The notes under the pieces were generated by a model. That model was not told where the DNA came from, did not search any database, and was given only the letters and a program-made list of their open reading frames with translations. Made by a program: the position numbers and the translations under genes. A stretch of DNA of 64,000 bases from a phage, in the sequence record PQ724393.1, one strand, 5' to 3'. Shown here piece by piece: positions 25,753-37,268 of the stretch; position 1 is the stretch's first letter, and every line of letters starts with the position of its first letter.

Positions 25753-26019
25753 TTAAATTACAAATCCAGCAGGGGCATTATCATCTTTAGCCATGTGCTG
25801 AATTGTATGATAAGTCATTTCTTCAGGAGCAACCAGATAAGCCGCAACGTTAACTAGTGGAATTATTTTTGGTTTAGCGAACGTGCTATCAGAAATTGCC
25901 ATAAAGGGCTCGCCGTCGGTCTCAACTTCGCCAAATTGGCACTCGTAAGAAATAGAACAACGTTTGGTGGTGGTTGTCTTGGTTTTAGGGTCATAAAAAG
26001 CTAATTTTAATACTAACAT
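25753..26019 (-). CDS. hypothetical small protein (88 aa)
   Basis: ORF with GAGGT RBS. Confidence 0.45.
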   Translation of the reverse strand: MLVLKLAFYDPKTKTTTTKRCSISYECQFGEVETDGEPFMAISDSTFAKPKIIPLVNVAAYLVAPEEMTYHTIQHMAKDDNAPAGFVI

Positions 26020-26197
26020 AATACCTCAAATAAAATTAAGTAAAGTAAGTTTGATTAATAGACCTTGTCTATTATGAAAGGCTCTTTGAGGGAAGAACCT
26101 TTGGTAATAGAGGGTTACTTAATAATGTTAGAGTAATAATATCACATTACTCTTAAAGCATATTACTATTTTTAGGAATAGTCTGGTCAAATTTGAT

Positions 26198-26488
26198 TCA
26201 TTGTGGCCACATATTAATGTAATCAAGTTTAATAGAAGCAATCTTCAAAGGATTTTTAAAGATGTCGTATTCGACCAATCCATTTTCAGTTGCAGTATAA
26301 AAAGTAAAATTAACAGAATTATAACGATGACTGTTAACTTTGAGTTTAACGTCGCTTGAACTACGGCCAATATTAACCTGTTGAACATCAAGCACGGCAT
26401 CTTTGCCAAAGTTGCGAATCAGTAGCTCTGCTGCAACCTGGTCCGAATTATAGCCATTCTCTGGATTAGTAACTTTAACGTATAGCAT
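26198..26488 (-). CDS. hypothetical small protein (96 aa)
   Basis: ORF. Confidence 0.45.
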   Translation of the reverse strand: MLYVKVTNPENGYNSDQVAAELLIRNFGKDAVLDVQQVNIGRSSSDVKLKVNSHRYNSVNFTFYTATENGLVEYDIFKNPLKIASIKLDYINMWPQ

Positions 26489-26869
26489 TTAACCCTCGTC
26501 TACAATAGTGTGGGTATTGGCATTAACAATCTGCCACCAGTCAAAACGATTGGAACCATAACAAGGCTTATTCTCGTTTTCTTTAATGATATCGCGCAGT
26601 TCATCTTCAGTCGCTGCCTTTGCGATTAAGTCAGCATAACCGCCACGAGGATAATAGTTATCACCGGCAAAGAGCAAAAAGTTTGTTTTGATATTCTTGA
26701 ATTCTTCAAGAGTAATAACTGTTCCGCCAGGTTGAACAATATCTATATAACTATATCCTAATTTCTGTGCTTCATTTACCGCTTCGAGCAGGGTGTCGTG
26801 TGCCCACCCAATTTGGCAATCTGGTTTTTCAGATGGATTTGCTTGATAATCCGCATACACTTTATACAT
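26489..26869 (-). CDS. hypothetical protein (about 126 aa)
   Basis: start set to internal ATG (MYKVYADY); upstream part of track ORF overlaps next gene. Confidence 0.45.
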   Translation of the reverse strand: MYKVYADYQANPSEKPDCQIGWAHDTLLEAVNEAQKLGYSYIDIVQPGGTVITLEEFKNIKTNFLLFAGDNYYPRGGYADLIAKAATEDELRDIIKENENKPCYGSNRFDWWQIVNANTHTIVDEG

Positions 26870-26870
26870 T

Positions 26871-27068
26871 TTACTCACCTTTAGAGATTTTATCCATAAC
26901 GAAAGAAATTGAACCAATTAAGAATGCCACTACTAAAGAAATTATATTCTCGGAAGTTGAAAGCATATCGAGCATGAATCCTGCAAACATACTAAAGCCG
27001 AAAGCAGTAACAGCGGCCAGTGCAGTAACATTTCTAATTAATTCACAACGTTTCATTTTATTCTCCAA
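26871..27068 (-). CDS. small membrane protein (65 aa)
   Basis: two hydrophobic helices. Confidence 0.4.
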   Translation of the reverse strand: MENKMKRCELIRNVTALAAVTAFGFSMFAGFMLDMLSTSENIISLVVAFLIGSISFVMDKISKGE

Positions 27069-27092
27069 TCACTCATTTGTTTTGATAGGGCT

Positions 27093-27122
27093 ATAGTATC
27101 ACCACTAAAGCCCGTTGTAAAC
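27093..27122 (-). promoter_or_regulatory. repeated promoter-hairpin element (GTTTAC-N18-TACTAT; inverted repeat GGGCT / AGCCC)
   Basis: core TTGATAGGGCTATAGTATCA, one substitution compensated in the flanking repeat. Confidence 0.45.
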
Positions 27123-27124
27123 AC

Positions 27125-28071
<947 letters not shown>

Positions 28072-28079
<8 letters not shown>

Positions 28080-28833
28080 TTTTATTTCCTAATAATTTAT
28101 CAATAGTAGTGTATAGTTCAGAAAGAGTGCCGTTATTTTCAACAACAACGTCACCAGGTAAAATTGGTAGACCCGCTTCAGTGATGTGCGAGTCTTGTAC
28201 TTGACCGGTTTCAGCGCGAACTACATGAATAATCGTAGCACCCATCGCTCTGAGCGAATCAATTTCGTGTGTTTGACGAACATCAGGTACGACATAGTAT
28301 TTCGCATCAGAGTATATTTTATCAAAATAGTCTAAAGCGAACAACTTAACCCAATACATCTTATCAAATTGGTTAACAATAATATCAGTCCCAAGGGTCT
28401 GCATGAGACGACGTACTGACCAATTGTTATTTTTATTTATTACTTCAAACAGTTGGTCTTTTGTTTCTTCAGACAGATACTGGACCGGGGTAAGACCATA
28501 ATGATATGCGGTACGAACATCCATTCCTGGAATAGGAAGGATATTATTCAGTTTGACAATAGCATTTTCAAAGATATCAATCACATCATATGGTTTTAAA
28601 GGAAGGATTTCTTCACGGTCGTAACCGATACCTTCAAAACAGTTAAAATCGAGTTTAGGCATATAACTACGGTCGAATACAGGGTCATCAGAGATGTATT
28701 CATAGGCTTCAGCCAGATACTTTTTAATAGGACCTGCTAGCTGAAATTTTACCGAATCCATATTTTCGATTACATAGTTAGCAACGGTATCCTTACCGCT
28801 ACGTTTGATTCCTACAATTGATATTAGTTTCAT
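28072..28833 (-). CDS. 1: deoxynucleoside monophosphate kinase (gene 1)
   Basis: MKLISIVGIKRSGKDT P-loop; T4 gp1-like. Confidence 0.9.
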
Positions 28834-29360
28834 TATTTTCTCATAGATGGATGCATAGACATACGAGCCACACGTTGTTCGGCGTACGAATCAATTTGTG
28901 GACGACCTGTAACTATTGTACCATCTATTTCTACAGCAAACGATTTGAAGTTGAATGTTGCTGTAGCGATTATCGCAGGGTCAGAATCTTCTTTATACGA
29001 GTACTGGATTTCCGAGAGGTCAGAGGGCCAACCGCCGTAGTAATGAATGCTCATTACGATTTTCTGTTTGTTGTTATCAAGGATGTGGAGCGTAATTGCT
29101 TCAGGTAAGCCTTTAGGATGCCAGGCTTCTGAATCATGGGTTACGTAGTTGTTTAATGATAACATCCACTTATAAACGTCAAGCCATGATTTCAATTCTT
29201 TGTCCACAAGAAAGTTCACGACCAATGGGTCGAATTCTACAGTAGAACCTGGCAGCTTAGCACGATGTATGCCCTGGGTCGATCCTGGGACGTCTGAGAT
29301 CGGAATATGGATACCAGGTAGTGTTACATCTTGTACGTTCAATTTGAATGACTGTGTCAT
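28833..29360 (-). CDS. 3: tail completion and sheath stabiliser (gene 3)
   Basis: position between genes 2 and 1; start chosen at internal Met giving 175 aa (T4 gp3 is about 176 aa); alternative start at 29423. Confidence 0.65.
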   Translation of the reverse strand: MTQSFKLNVQDVTLPGIHIPISDVPGSTQGIHRAKLPGSTVEFDPLVVNFLVDKELKSWLDVYKWMLSLNNYVTHDSEAWHPKGLPEAITLHILDNNKQKIVMSIHYYGGWPSDLSEIQYSYKEDSDPAIIATATFNFKSFAVEIDGTIVTGRPQIDSYAEQRVARMSMHPSMRK

Positions 29361-29505
29361 TCCTGAGTCACTAACCTCTAAGATAAAGTTAGTGGTGTTA
29401 GTTTGGTTAAATAAACCGTTCATAAGGTTCCTATATTGCTTAAGTCCCGGACAGTGTATAATGGTCCTAGGTCTGTTCCATTCAATAACTGGCTGGGATA
29501 ATAGA

Positions 29506-30333
29506 TTATGAATTCTTCCATACTTTCTGAGCTGAGTAACGCTTACCTTTAGACATAAATTGCTGAAGTGGAAGCATGACCACATTAGCCCAATCAGCAG
29601 GTTTTATCTCTACTAAAGGGCCCTTGATATTTCCAGGGATATAAGCCTTAATCATCACGTCTGCACCAGCGAATCCTTTTACCTTACTCCAATCGATTTT
29701 TAATTTAGTCGAGTTAGTAATGGTAGGCGTACTCGCGTATTGCTTCAGCAATTCTTCCAGAAATTGTTGACGTGCTTTAGGTGGAATATAGTGTAAGTTC
29801 AGTCCGTACATTAAATTATGCTTACCTAACCCAAGATAAATGATTAAAGGATATTTGTCCCAGTATGGTAGGGTATCCTTGTGCTTGGCGTCATAGATAT
29901 AAGCATAAAGCTTACCAGGAGATGGTTTAGATACCTGGTGTCCACGAATTCCTTTCTTTAATGTTTCTGTAAACCATTTAGCTGATTTATTGTTTACAGC
30001 GGCGCCTTCGTTAGCAATCTTATCACGAATACTCTTTCTAAAACTATTCACCAAAATTAATTGACGTTCGGCTTTGGTTAATTTATTGCCAGGTTTATTC
30101 TGAAGTTTTTCAACCTGTACAGCAGTTTTAATTCGACTCGAGTATCGAGACATCGCAGATGTAAAGCTAGAATACTTAATGCCTTTATCTTCAGCGAATT
30201 TCTTAGCCGAGACACCTTTAGCCTTAGCCTTGGCATATTCAACGCCTAAAGTTATCCATTGTTGTTCTGAACGAGTAGGCTTGGAACCTTTTGTGGTTTC
30301 AGTAGCCTCATTGATGTAGGAAAATATACTCAT
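29506..30333 (-). CDS. 2: DNA end protector protein (gene 2)
   Basis: position and size (about 275 aa from MSIFSY start) as T4 gp2. Confidence 0.75.
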   Translation of the reverse strand: MSIFSYINEATETTKGSKPTRSEQQWITLGVEYAKAKAKGVSAKKFAEDKGIKYSSFTSAMSRYSSRIKTAVQVEKLQNKPGNKLTKAERQLILVNSFRKSIRDKIANEGAAVNNKSAKWFTETLKKGIRGHQVSKPSPGKLYAYIYDAKHKDTLPYWDKYPLIIYLGLGKHNLMYGLNLHYIPPKARQQFLEELLKQYASTPTITNSTKLKIDWSKVKGFAGADVMIKAYIPGNIKGPLVEIKPADWANVVMLPLQQFMSKGKRYSAQKVWKNS

Positions 30334-30779
30334 CCTTTCCATCCTAATTTTTTCAGTGAATGTTCGGTAATCAATCTAAAGGTGATACCCATTTTATCTG
30401 CTGTAGCTTTAGCTGCTTTCCACTTATCAGTATTAACAGACCAAGTATAGTGTTCGTTGATATATCTCTTTTTAGCAGCCGTAGTCATTTTAACAGGCAC
30501 CGCAGGAGCATGGGTTTCTTTAAAAGGTTTGACTTCAAAAAAGAATTGTTGGCCTGTATCAAATTTAACCCAGAAGTCCATAAAATATCGTCTTTTCTTT
30601 CCTTCGGCATTGCAAAAGTATGGGATAACCACCTCTTCTGAATTCCACTGGACTACATTAGGATGGTTGTCAAGCCAACGCATAAACCATGCTTCCCAAG
30701 AGGAACGATATTGGATTTTCTTCCAATCACCTTTATATTTTTGTAAGTTTGTAGGTTTAAATTTCCCTGAGTAAGCCAT
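30330..30779 (-). CDS. 4: head completion protein (gene 4)
   Basis: MAYSGKF...QYRSSWE...[10 protein letters not shown] matches T4 gp4. Confidence 0.88.
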   Translation of the reverse strand: MAYSGKFKPTNLQKYKGDWKKIQYRSSWEAWFMRWLDNHPNVVQWNSEEVVIPYFCNAEGKKRRYFMDFWVKFDTGQQFFFEVKPFKETHAPAVPVKMTTAAKKRYINEHYTWSVNTDKWKAAKATADKMGITFRLITEHSLKKLGWKG

Positions 30780-30790
30780 AGTTGCCTCCT

Positions 30791-30798
30791 TATAAATA
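30791..30798 (+). promoter_or_regulatory. late promoter TATAAATA for gene 53
   Basis: exact TATAAATA 28 nt upstream of ATG. Confidence 0.7.
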
Positions 30799-30805
30799 TT
30801 AATAT

Positions 30806-30813
30806 TATTTATA
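30806..30813 (-). promoter_or_regulatory. late promoter TATAAATA for gene 4 (divergent)
   Basis: TATTTATA on plus strand. Confidence 0.65.
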
Positions 30814-30825
30814 CTCGGAGGCCCT

Positions 30826-31428
30826 ATGCTCTTCTCATTTTTCGATCCTATCGATTACGAATCAAAAACAGTCAAGCCGGATTCAGGCTCATTAACAAAT
30901 GCCGATGTACTGAGCGTGCCGATGACTGATATATTTAGAAATTATAAAGAATATTTTGATAAAGTGGCTAAAAACTATACACTAAAGACTTATTATATCA
31001 ACGGGGCCCCTCGTCCAGAAGAATTGGCTAATCAACTTTATGGTAATGTCCAATTATATTGGGTTTTATTGATGTGTAATAATATATACGACCCTTATTA
31101 CGGCTGGATTACAGGCCAAGAAGTTGCATATCAAGCGGCAATCCAAAGATATTCTACTGCAGGTGGCAATCAAGTTCTTTATCATGTTAATGAAAAGGGT
31201 GAGAAATTCTGGAATCTTGTTAATACTCCAGAAAACCCATATACTTGGTATGATAAAGGTGATACAGAAAAACGTTATCCTCAATATGAGGGCCCTTTGG
31301 CTGCAGTAGATATTTACGAGGATGCTATTCGTAAAAATGAATATAAGCGCGAAATAAAGATTGTGGACCCTAATGATATTGAGTCCTTTATTTCTGCCCT
31401 TATTCGCGAAATGGAGAAAGCCCTCTAA
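30826..31428 (+). CDS. 53: baseplate wedge protein gp53
   Basis: MLFSFFDPIDYE...; T4 gp53-like throughout. Confidence 0.9.
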   Translation: MLFSFFDPIDYESKTVKPDSGSLTNADVLSVPMTDIFRNYKEYFDKVAKNYTLKTYYINGAPRPEELANQLYGNVQLYWVLLMCNNIYDPYYGWITGQEVAYQAAIQRYSTAGGNQVLYHVNEKGEKFWNLVNTPENPYTWYDKGDTEKRYPQYEGPLAAVDIYEDAIRKNEYKREIKIVDPNDIESFISALIREMEKAL

Positions 31429-33215
31429 TGATTAACATGTCTGATAATGTAAGTTGGTTCGTCGGTGTAGTTGAAGACCGAATGGACCCGCTCAAACAAG
31501 GCCGAGTACGTGTACGCGTATGGGGTATGCATCCCTATGAAAAGGTACAAGGCCCTGTAAAAGGTCTTCGTACAGAAGATTTACCATGGATGTCGGTATT
31601 AATGCCTACATCTTCGGCCTCTGTTTCAGGTATACAAACCGCTATGACCGGTATGGTCCCAGGTACACAAGTTTATGGCCACTTTCTTGATAAGTGGAAA
31701 TTAAACGGACTTGTCCTCGGTACATACGGTTCTGCATCAAAACAAAAAGCAAACCCTAATGAAGGTTTTAGCGACCCAACAGGCCAATATCCACTTTATT
31801 TAGGTAACGATGCCGCTGCACTAAACCGAGGTGGTGAAGTTGGATATGATGCCACTTCTAACGTAATCCAGGATTCTAACCTAGATTTAGGTATTAATCC
31901 TGACGGTTTAGATTTAAGTCAAGTCAAGCCTGACGATAATCCTAATTTCACAATAGAAAACATGCTTCACCGTGATGAAGGGCTTCGACTGAAGGTATAT
32001 TGGGACACCGAAGGTTATCCTACTATCGGTATAGGTCACCTTATTACGCCACAACCTATTAGAGATATGAACCAAATAAACAAAATATTGTCTAAACAAA
32101 TAGGTCGAGAAGTTAAAGGTAACCCTGGCGCAATATCAATGGATGAGGCTTCTAAATTATTCCAAGAAGACCTTAAAAAAGTCCAAAGCGATATAGGTCG
32201 ACATAGTGTTGTGGGTCCGGTTTACAATAAAGAAAACCGTTCAAGACAAATGGCTCTTGAAAACATGGCTTTCCAAATGGGTTTAGGTGGGCTTGCTAAA
32301 TTCCGTGGTATGCTCAGTGCTATGCTAATAGGCGATTATAAAAAGGCATTTGAGGAAGCTCGTAATTCAGTGTGGTTCAACCAAACTAAGGGCCGTGCAT
32401 CAAGGGTATCAATGATTATCCTTACAGGTAACATGGAATCATACGGTATTATGGCCCCTAAAGAAAGGTCATTTAAAGGGCGTTCGTATAGAATGATTCA
32501 AACTTTTGCCGCACCTGCAAATTCAGACCCAGCCGACCCATGGACCCCAGAAGATACAAGGATTCTGTTTAAAGAGCCAGAATCAAGTTACAAGGGCGAA
32601 TATCCTTACGTGCAGACAATGCAAACTGAAGGTGGGCATATCCAAGAATTCGATAACACCCCAGGGCAAGAACGTTATCGTTTAATCCATCCTACAGGTA
32701 GTTATGAAGAAGTTGCTCCTGATGGCCGCAAAACTTCTAAGACGGTAGCCGATGGTTATTATATGACCCAAGGCGATTCTAATACTTATGTCGGCGGTAA
32801 TAATAAAGTCAACATAGGCGGTGATGAAACATATTATAATATGGCTAACGTTCGCCGTCAGACCGACGGAAACGAAAGCATTCATATTCGAGGGAATGAA
32901 ACCAAAACTGTAGAAGGTAATGGAACTCTGCTTGTTAAAGGAAATGTTAAAATAGTTATTATGGGTACTGCTGATATAACTGTTGAACAAGAAGCATATA
33001 TTACGGTTGAAAAAGATACAACAGTTAATGTCAACCAGAATGCAGATATAAGCGTTAAACAAAAGGCCACAATAAATGCTCAAAATATGGATGTAAATGT
33101 CGAACAAGATTTAAATTTTGCAGCGACGAACATTAATTTAAACGCATCAAATACTGTGCATATGGATGGCGGTTCATTAGCTAAAGTATCTGGTGGCAAC
33201 GTACAGGTCGGTTAA
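31428..33215 (+). CDS. 5: baseplate hub and tail-associated lysozyme gp5
   Basis: N-terminal OB domain, central T4-lysozyme-like domain (YWDTEGYPTIGIGHLI), C-terminal beta-helix repeats (VxGxxxxx). Confidence 0.95.
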   Translation: MINMSDNVSWFVGVVEDRMDPLKQGRVRVRVWGMHPYEKVQGPVKGLRTEDLPWMSVLMPTSSASVSGIQTAMTGMVPGTQVYGHFLDKWKLNGLVLGTYGSASKQKANPNEGFSDPTGQYPLYLGNDAAALNRGGEVGYDATSNVIQDSNLDLGINPDGLDLSQVKPDDNPNFTIENMLHRDEGLRLKVYWDTEGYPTIGIGHLITPQPIRDMNQINKILSKQIGREVKGNPGAISMDEASKLFQEDLKKVQSDIGRHSVVGPVYNKENRSRQMALENMAFQMGLGGLAKFRGMLSAMLIGDYKKAFEEARNSVWFNQTKGRASRVSMIILTGNMESYGIMAPKERSFKGRSYRMIQTFAAPANSDPADPWTPEDTRILFKEPESSYKGEYPYVQTMQTEGGHIQEFDNTPGQERYRLIHPTGSYEEVAPDGRKTSKTVADGYYMTQGDSNTYVGGNNKVNIGGDETYYNMANVRRQTDGNESIHIRGNETKTVEGNGTLLVKGNVKIVIMGTADITVEQEAYITVEKDTTVNVNQNADISVKQKATINAQNMDVNVEQDLNFAATNINLNASNTVHMDGGSLAKVSGGNVQVG

Positions 33216-33216
33216 T

Positions 33217-35280
33217 ATGAATTACTACGATAAAGTTGATGAAGTGGTAGGGACTGTAACAAGTCCCTGTGATGACGCAGTAGGACCTGGTGAATATCGC
33301 CGGGTTAAATGGGAATTATATAACCCAACAGGTGCTTTTATTCAACCCGGGAATGGCGTTGAATGGGATACCGAGATTATTCCACTAGCTACACATTTAT
33401 ACACACAAAATCCATTTGGTAATAAGTCCGAAACTTTTCCTGCACCTCCCCCGCCGGAAGATGGAACAAGTCAAGGTATCTGGTGTGCTAAACTCGGAAT
33501 ATTCTTTATTACGCAATTGGATTTAGAAAATTATGTAGAATCGATTGGTGCAACTCTTTTGCCCGGTAATGATTGGTACGGCGCTGATTTATCAAAATCT
33601 GTATTGTATAAAACATCTATTGAATATGATATGTATCGCATCGAAAACTGTGGCGGTGTATGGACGTCACAAGGCCCCAGAATGGACCCCAGGACGATGA
33701 TTGCAGTTACGGCTGATTATCATATGTATGTCAACTTTAACGGCCTTGGTGACTCCCGCAGGGCTTATTTGAAGTACTATGAGACAAAACCTTGTACTTA
33801 TGTTGGACTGGTATTAAATCTAGATGTTGATATGAGTATCCCAGGAACTCCGATTCCAGGACCAGTATCCATCGGGTCTTTACCACCAGAAATAACCGGG
33901 CGAGCCAGGGCAATAAGCTGTGTTCCTTTTACAGCGGAATTCCCTTACAACGGATTGACCAATGCGATTATGGCTTCATGGAATACATCTAGGAATTCAT
34001 TCAAATTATATTGGGATATGCTCCCTGGATGGCCATCATCTGGTGGAACCGATTGGGAAAAATTCTTCGATTCCGGTTATAGTAAGCTATCGGTCGCAAT
34101 GGAAGAGCTAGGCAACTCAGCTGTTGCTATGTGTCAATATGTTCAGCAAATGGCTTTTCTTGCATTTAAAGATGCCATATCACAGGTCTTGGATATTGTT
34201 GGTGGTGGGTGGGACTTACTTAAAAGCTTTTTACCCTCGATTACTATTATGGGCATGACTATTGACCTGGAAGACCTCTGCACTTCAGGTGATGGTGTAC
34301 AGAAATTAAAAGAAGCATGGAAAAACTTTAATTTAGAAGAAACCATCCAATCGATTTATTCTGCCATTGGGTCGGCATACGATTATTCGGTTGAACGCGT
34401 CAAGATGTATTCGCGTGACCTTATTGATGCAATTACAGACTTGTATGACTGGGCCTGGTCTCAATTGCTTATGGCTGGTGTTGCATTATCAAAACTGTGT
34501 GTAGACCTCGCTCAAATATGGAGTATGCCTCCTATAGTTCCGAACCCAGTTTGGAGCGTTATTACTGCGGTCAAGGAAATGATGAAGCAAGTTAAACCAC
34601 TGGACATGATAATGAGCGGTAACTTTCCAGGATTCACGGCATCAGATGTTTATCAAATGGTTATGGAAAAGGTAGACCAGAAAATAGACGAAGCTTATGC
34701 AATGATTGAGGCTCTTAAAACCCAGGCACTCAATCTGTGGAATGAGATTAAGCTCAAAAAGCAAGAAGTACAAAAACAAGCTATTGAATTTAAACAATAT
34801 CTTTCAGGAATGTACGAAAAAGTTACAGACGAGCTAACTGCTCAGAAGGAAGCCGCATTAGCACAAGCTGAAGCTGCACTTGAACTTTTAAAGAATAAAT
34901 ATAAACAGATTAAGAACTCTATTACCGAAAGTCAAACCTCCGTTTCTGATGTATTAGATATGGCTTTAGAAGAATTCAAAAAACTTCCTATTGTGGCTCA
35001 AATGGAAGAACTTCTCGGTATGCTCGGAGCTACTGTAGATGATATCATGGTTATATACGAGAACTCAGTAACTAAAGCAAAATCTTTATATCACGAATTT
35101 ACTGATGGTTCCAGGTCAATGAAAGACTTGTGCAAATCAATGTATAACCAAATATCAACATTATCCTTAAGTAAGGTGGTACAATGGATTAATAAGATGC
35201 TGGGAATATTCGGTTTAACGATTGCATTTCCATCCCTTTCCATTTGCATACCTTGTTTAGAATCTCCTACTAGGAATTAA
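33217..35280 (+). CDS. large hypothetical protein (687 aa) in the gene 5 to gene 6 interval
   Basis: ATG at 33217 directly after gp5 stop; C-terminal third strongly coiled-coil; hydrophobic extreme C-terminus; no PAAR motif. Confidence 0.75.
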   Translation: MNYYDKVDEVVGTVTSPCDDAVGPGEYRRVKWELYNPTGAFIQPGNGVEWDTEIIPLATHLYTQNPFGNKSETFPAPPPPEDGTSQGIWCAKLGIFFITQLDLENYVESIGATLLPGNDWYGADLSKSVLYKTSIEYDMYRIENCGGVWTSQGPRMDPRTMIAVTADYHMYVNFNGLGDSRRAYLKYYETKPCTYVGLVLNLDVDMSIPGTPIPGPVSIGSLPPEITGRARAISCVPFTAEFPYNGLTNAIMASWNTSRNSFKLYWDMLPGWPSSGGTDWEKFFDSGYSKLSVAMEELGNSAVAMCQYVQQMAFLAFKDAISQVLDIVGGGWDLLKSFLPSITIMGMTIDLEDLCTSGDGVQKLKEAWKNFNLEETIQSIYSAIGSAYDYSVERVKMYSRDLIDAITDLYDWAWSQLLMAGVALSKLCVDLAQIWSMPPIVPNPVWSVITAVKEMMKQVKPLDMIMSGNFPGFTASDVYQMVMEKVDQKIDEAYAMIEALKTQALNLWNEIKLKKQEVQKQAIEFKQYLSGMYEKVTDELTAQKEAALAQAEAALELLKNKYKQIKNSITESQTSVSDVLDMALEEFKKLPIVAQMEELLGMLGATVDDIMVIYENSVTKAKSLYHEFTDGSRSMKDLCKSMYNQISTLSLSKVVQWINKMLGIFGLTIAFPSLSICIPCLESPTRN

Positions 35281-35281
35281 A

Positions 35282-37240
35282 ATGGCTACTCCTACGAATT
35301 ACCAATTAACAAGAACCGTTAACGCTATCCCAAAAGTATTTGTGGGAGCTACGTTTGAAGAAATTAAAAAGAATATTATAGACTGGCTTTCTAGCCAGGA
35401 CGAATTTAAGGATTATGATTTCGTTGGTTCTCGAATGAATATCCTTATTGATATGCTTGCTTATAATACCCTTTATATGCAGCAATTTGCTAACACCGCT
35501 TTATACGAATCTTTTATAGGAACTGCAAACCTTCGTTCTTCGGTTGTCCAGGCTGCACAAGATAATGGATATCTTCCTAGTTCTAAATCCGCGGCAAAAA
35601 CTTCCGTAATGCTTACGTGTACTCAGGCTCTTAATGAAAAGAATATTCGTATTCCACGTGGTACTAAATTCTTGGCTTATGCTCGTGATACTTCAGCCGA
35701 TCCATATGCCTTTGTGACCACTGATAACGTTATTGCAGTGCGTGACGTTAATAACCAGTACTGGCCCATTGTTTCTCTGGCTCAAGGACGTATTATTCGT
35801 ACCGAACTTAAATACGACCCTAAAACTCCTATTCTTATTCGTGACCCGGATATTGATAGACAAGAAGTTAAACTTTATGTTGATGGGGCAGAATGGATTA
35901 ACTGGACCGATAAATCAATGGTTCACGCTGGTAGCACCTCGACAATTTACTATATGCGCGAAACCGTAGATGGTAATACCGAATTCTTCTTTGGTGAAGG
36001 TGAAGCCGAGAAATCTGTTGCAGGCGGAGTATTAGAAGCTAATTATATCGGCGGTCTAAAACCTGTTAAAGATTCTACCATTGTTATAGAATACCTTCGT
36101 ACAGACGGTGAAGTTGCAAACGGTGCAGTTGACTTCAGTTATGCTGACTCCTTGGCTTATATTACTGTAGAAAAAATTACTGAAAACTATAACGACGACC
36201 CTGATTATGTCGGTGCTGATGGTGGTGGTGACCCTGAAGATATCGAACGTATTCGTGAATTGGCCGTAGTTAAGCGTGAAGCGCAGATGCGTGCTGTAAC
36301 AGGAACCGACTATGATACATTCGTATCTGAACGTTTTGGCTCTATTGTACAAGCAGTACAAACCTTTACAGACCCAAATAAACCAGGTTATGCTTTTGTC
36401 ACCATTAAACCTAAATCAGGGCTATATTTGACAGCCGTCCAACGTGAAGACATCCAAGACTACCTAAAAGAATTTAACTTAGCCCCTATTACCGCTTCTG
36501 TTATTTCTCCTGATTATTTGTTCTTAAAGCATAAAATTAAGGTATCGTATGCCTTGAATAAATTACAGGAATCTGAACAGTGGCTGTCGGCTCAAATTCT
36601 TTCTCAGATAGACCGTTATTATATTAACGAAGTAGAAATTTTTAACCATGGATTCGCTAAGTCAAAAATGCTGACTTATATTGATAATGCTGACCATAGT
36701 ATTTTAGGCTCCTCTGCTACCGTAACAATGGTTCGTGAGGTATTGAACTTTTTCAAAACCCCTGAATCAGGTATTAAATACTATAATCAATACACTAACC
36801 GTTCTGTGGTTTCTAGTGAATTTGAGTTTGTCCCTACTATCGTTTCTGAAGACAGTCCTGCGTATAATGTCAGAATTGCCGCTACAGATAAAGACGAACG
36901 TGGTGATGGTAAAATGGTTATTGGTCCTTTCCGTCCAGGAGATGTAATTGAAAACCAATATATTAAACCATATACAGGAAATGACTTTGATAAAATGCCT
37001 GCTCCTGCAGACCAATCCGTTTATTACGTTATAGGTGAAATTGATTATTATTCAGATTTCATTTTCTGGGACATTGCGGCTATCGGTTTAACGTCCGATC
37101 GTTTTGAAGTTCAATCTATAGAACTTTATGCGGGACCTGACCAAGACAACATCTTTACAAAAGACGGTTCGTTAATCGTATTTGAAGATGACCTCCGCCC
37201 TCAATACACGACCATTGAATTAGAACCTATTACAATATAA
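35282..37240 (+). CDS. 6: baseplate wedge protein gp6
   Basis: colinear with T4 gp6 (MATPTNYQLTRT...). Confidence 0.9.
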   Translation: MATPTNYQLTRTVNAIPKVFVGATFEEIKKNIIDWLSSQDEFKDYDFVGSRMNILIDMLAYNTLYMQQFANTALYESFIGTANLRSSVVQAAQDNGYLPSSKSAAKTSVMLTCTQALNEKNIRIPRGTKFLAYARDTSADPYAFVTTDNVIAVRDVNNQYWPIVSLAQGRIIRTELKYDPKTPILIRDPDIDRQEVKLYVDGAEWINWTDKSMVHAGSTSTIYYMRETVDGNTEFFFGEGEAEKSVAGGVLEANYIGGLKPVKDSTIVIEYLRTDGEVANGAVDFSYADSLAYITVEKITENYNDDPDYVGADGGGDPEDIERIRELAVVKREAQMRAVTGTDYDTFVSERFGSIVQAVQTFTDPNKPGYAFVTIKPKSGLYLTAVQREDIQDYLKEFNLAPITASVISPDYLFLKHKIKVSYALNKLQESEQWLSAQILSQIDRYYINEVEIFNHGFAKSKMLTYIDNADHSILGSSATVTMVREVLNFFKTPESGIKYYNQYTNRSVVSSEFEFVPTIVSEDSPAYNVRIAATDKDERGDGKMVIGPFRPGDVIENQYIKPYTGNDFDKMPAPADQSVYYVIGEIDYYSDFIFWDIAAIGLTSDRFEVQSIELYAGPDQDNIFTKDGSLIVFEDDLRPQYTTIELEPITI

Positions 37241-37268
37241 GCCTCTTAGGAGGCTTTGAGGAGATTTA

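Noticed and set aside
3203-27122. The dispersed 45-bp repeats could be taken for a CRISPR array
   Set aside because: Copies are kilobases apart, irregularly spaced, each in front of a gene, and contain promoter-like motifs. There is no regular repeat-spacer architecture.
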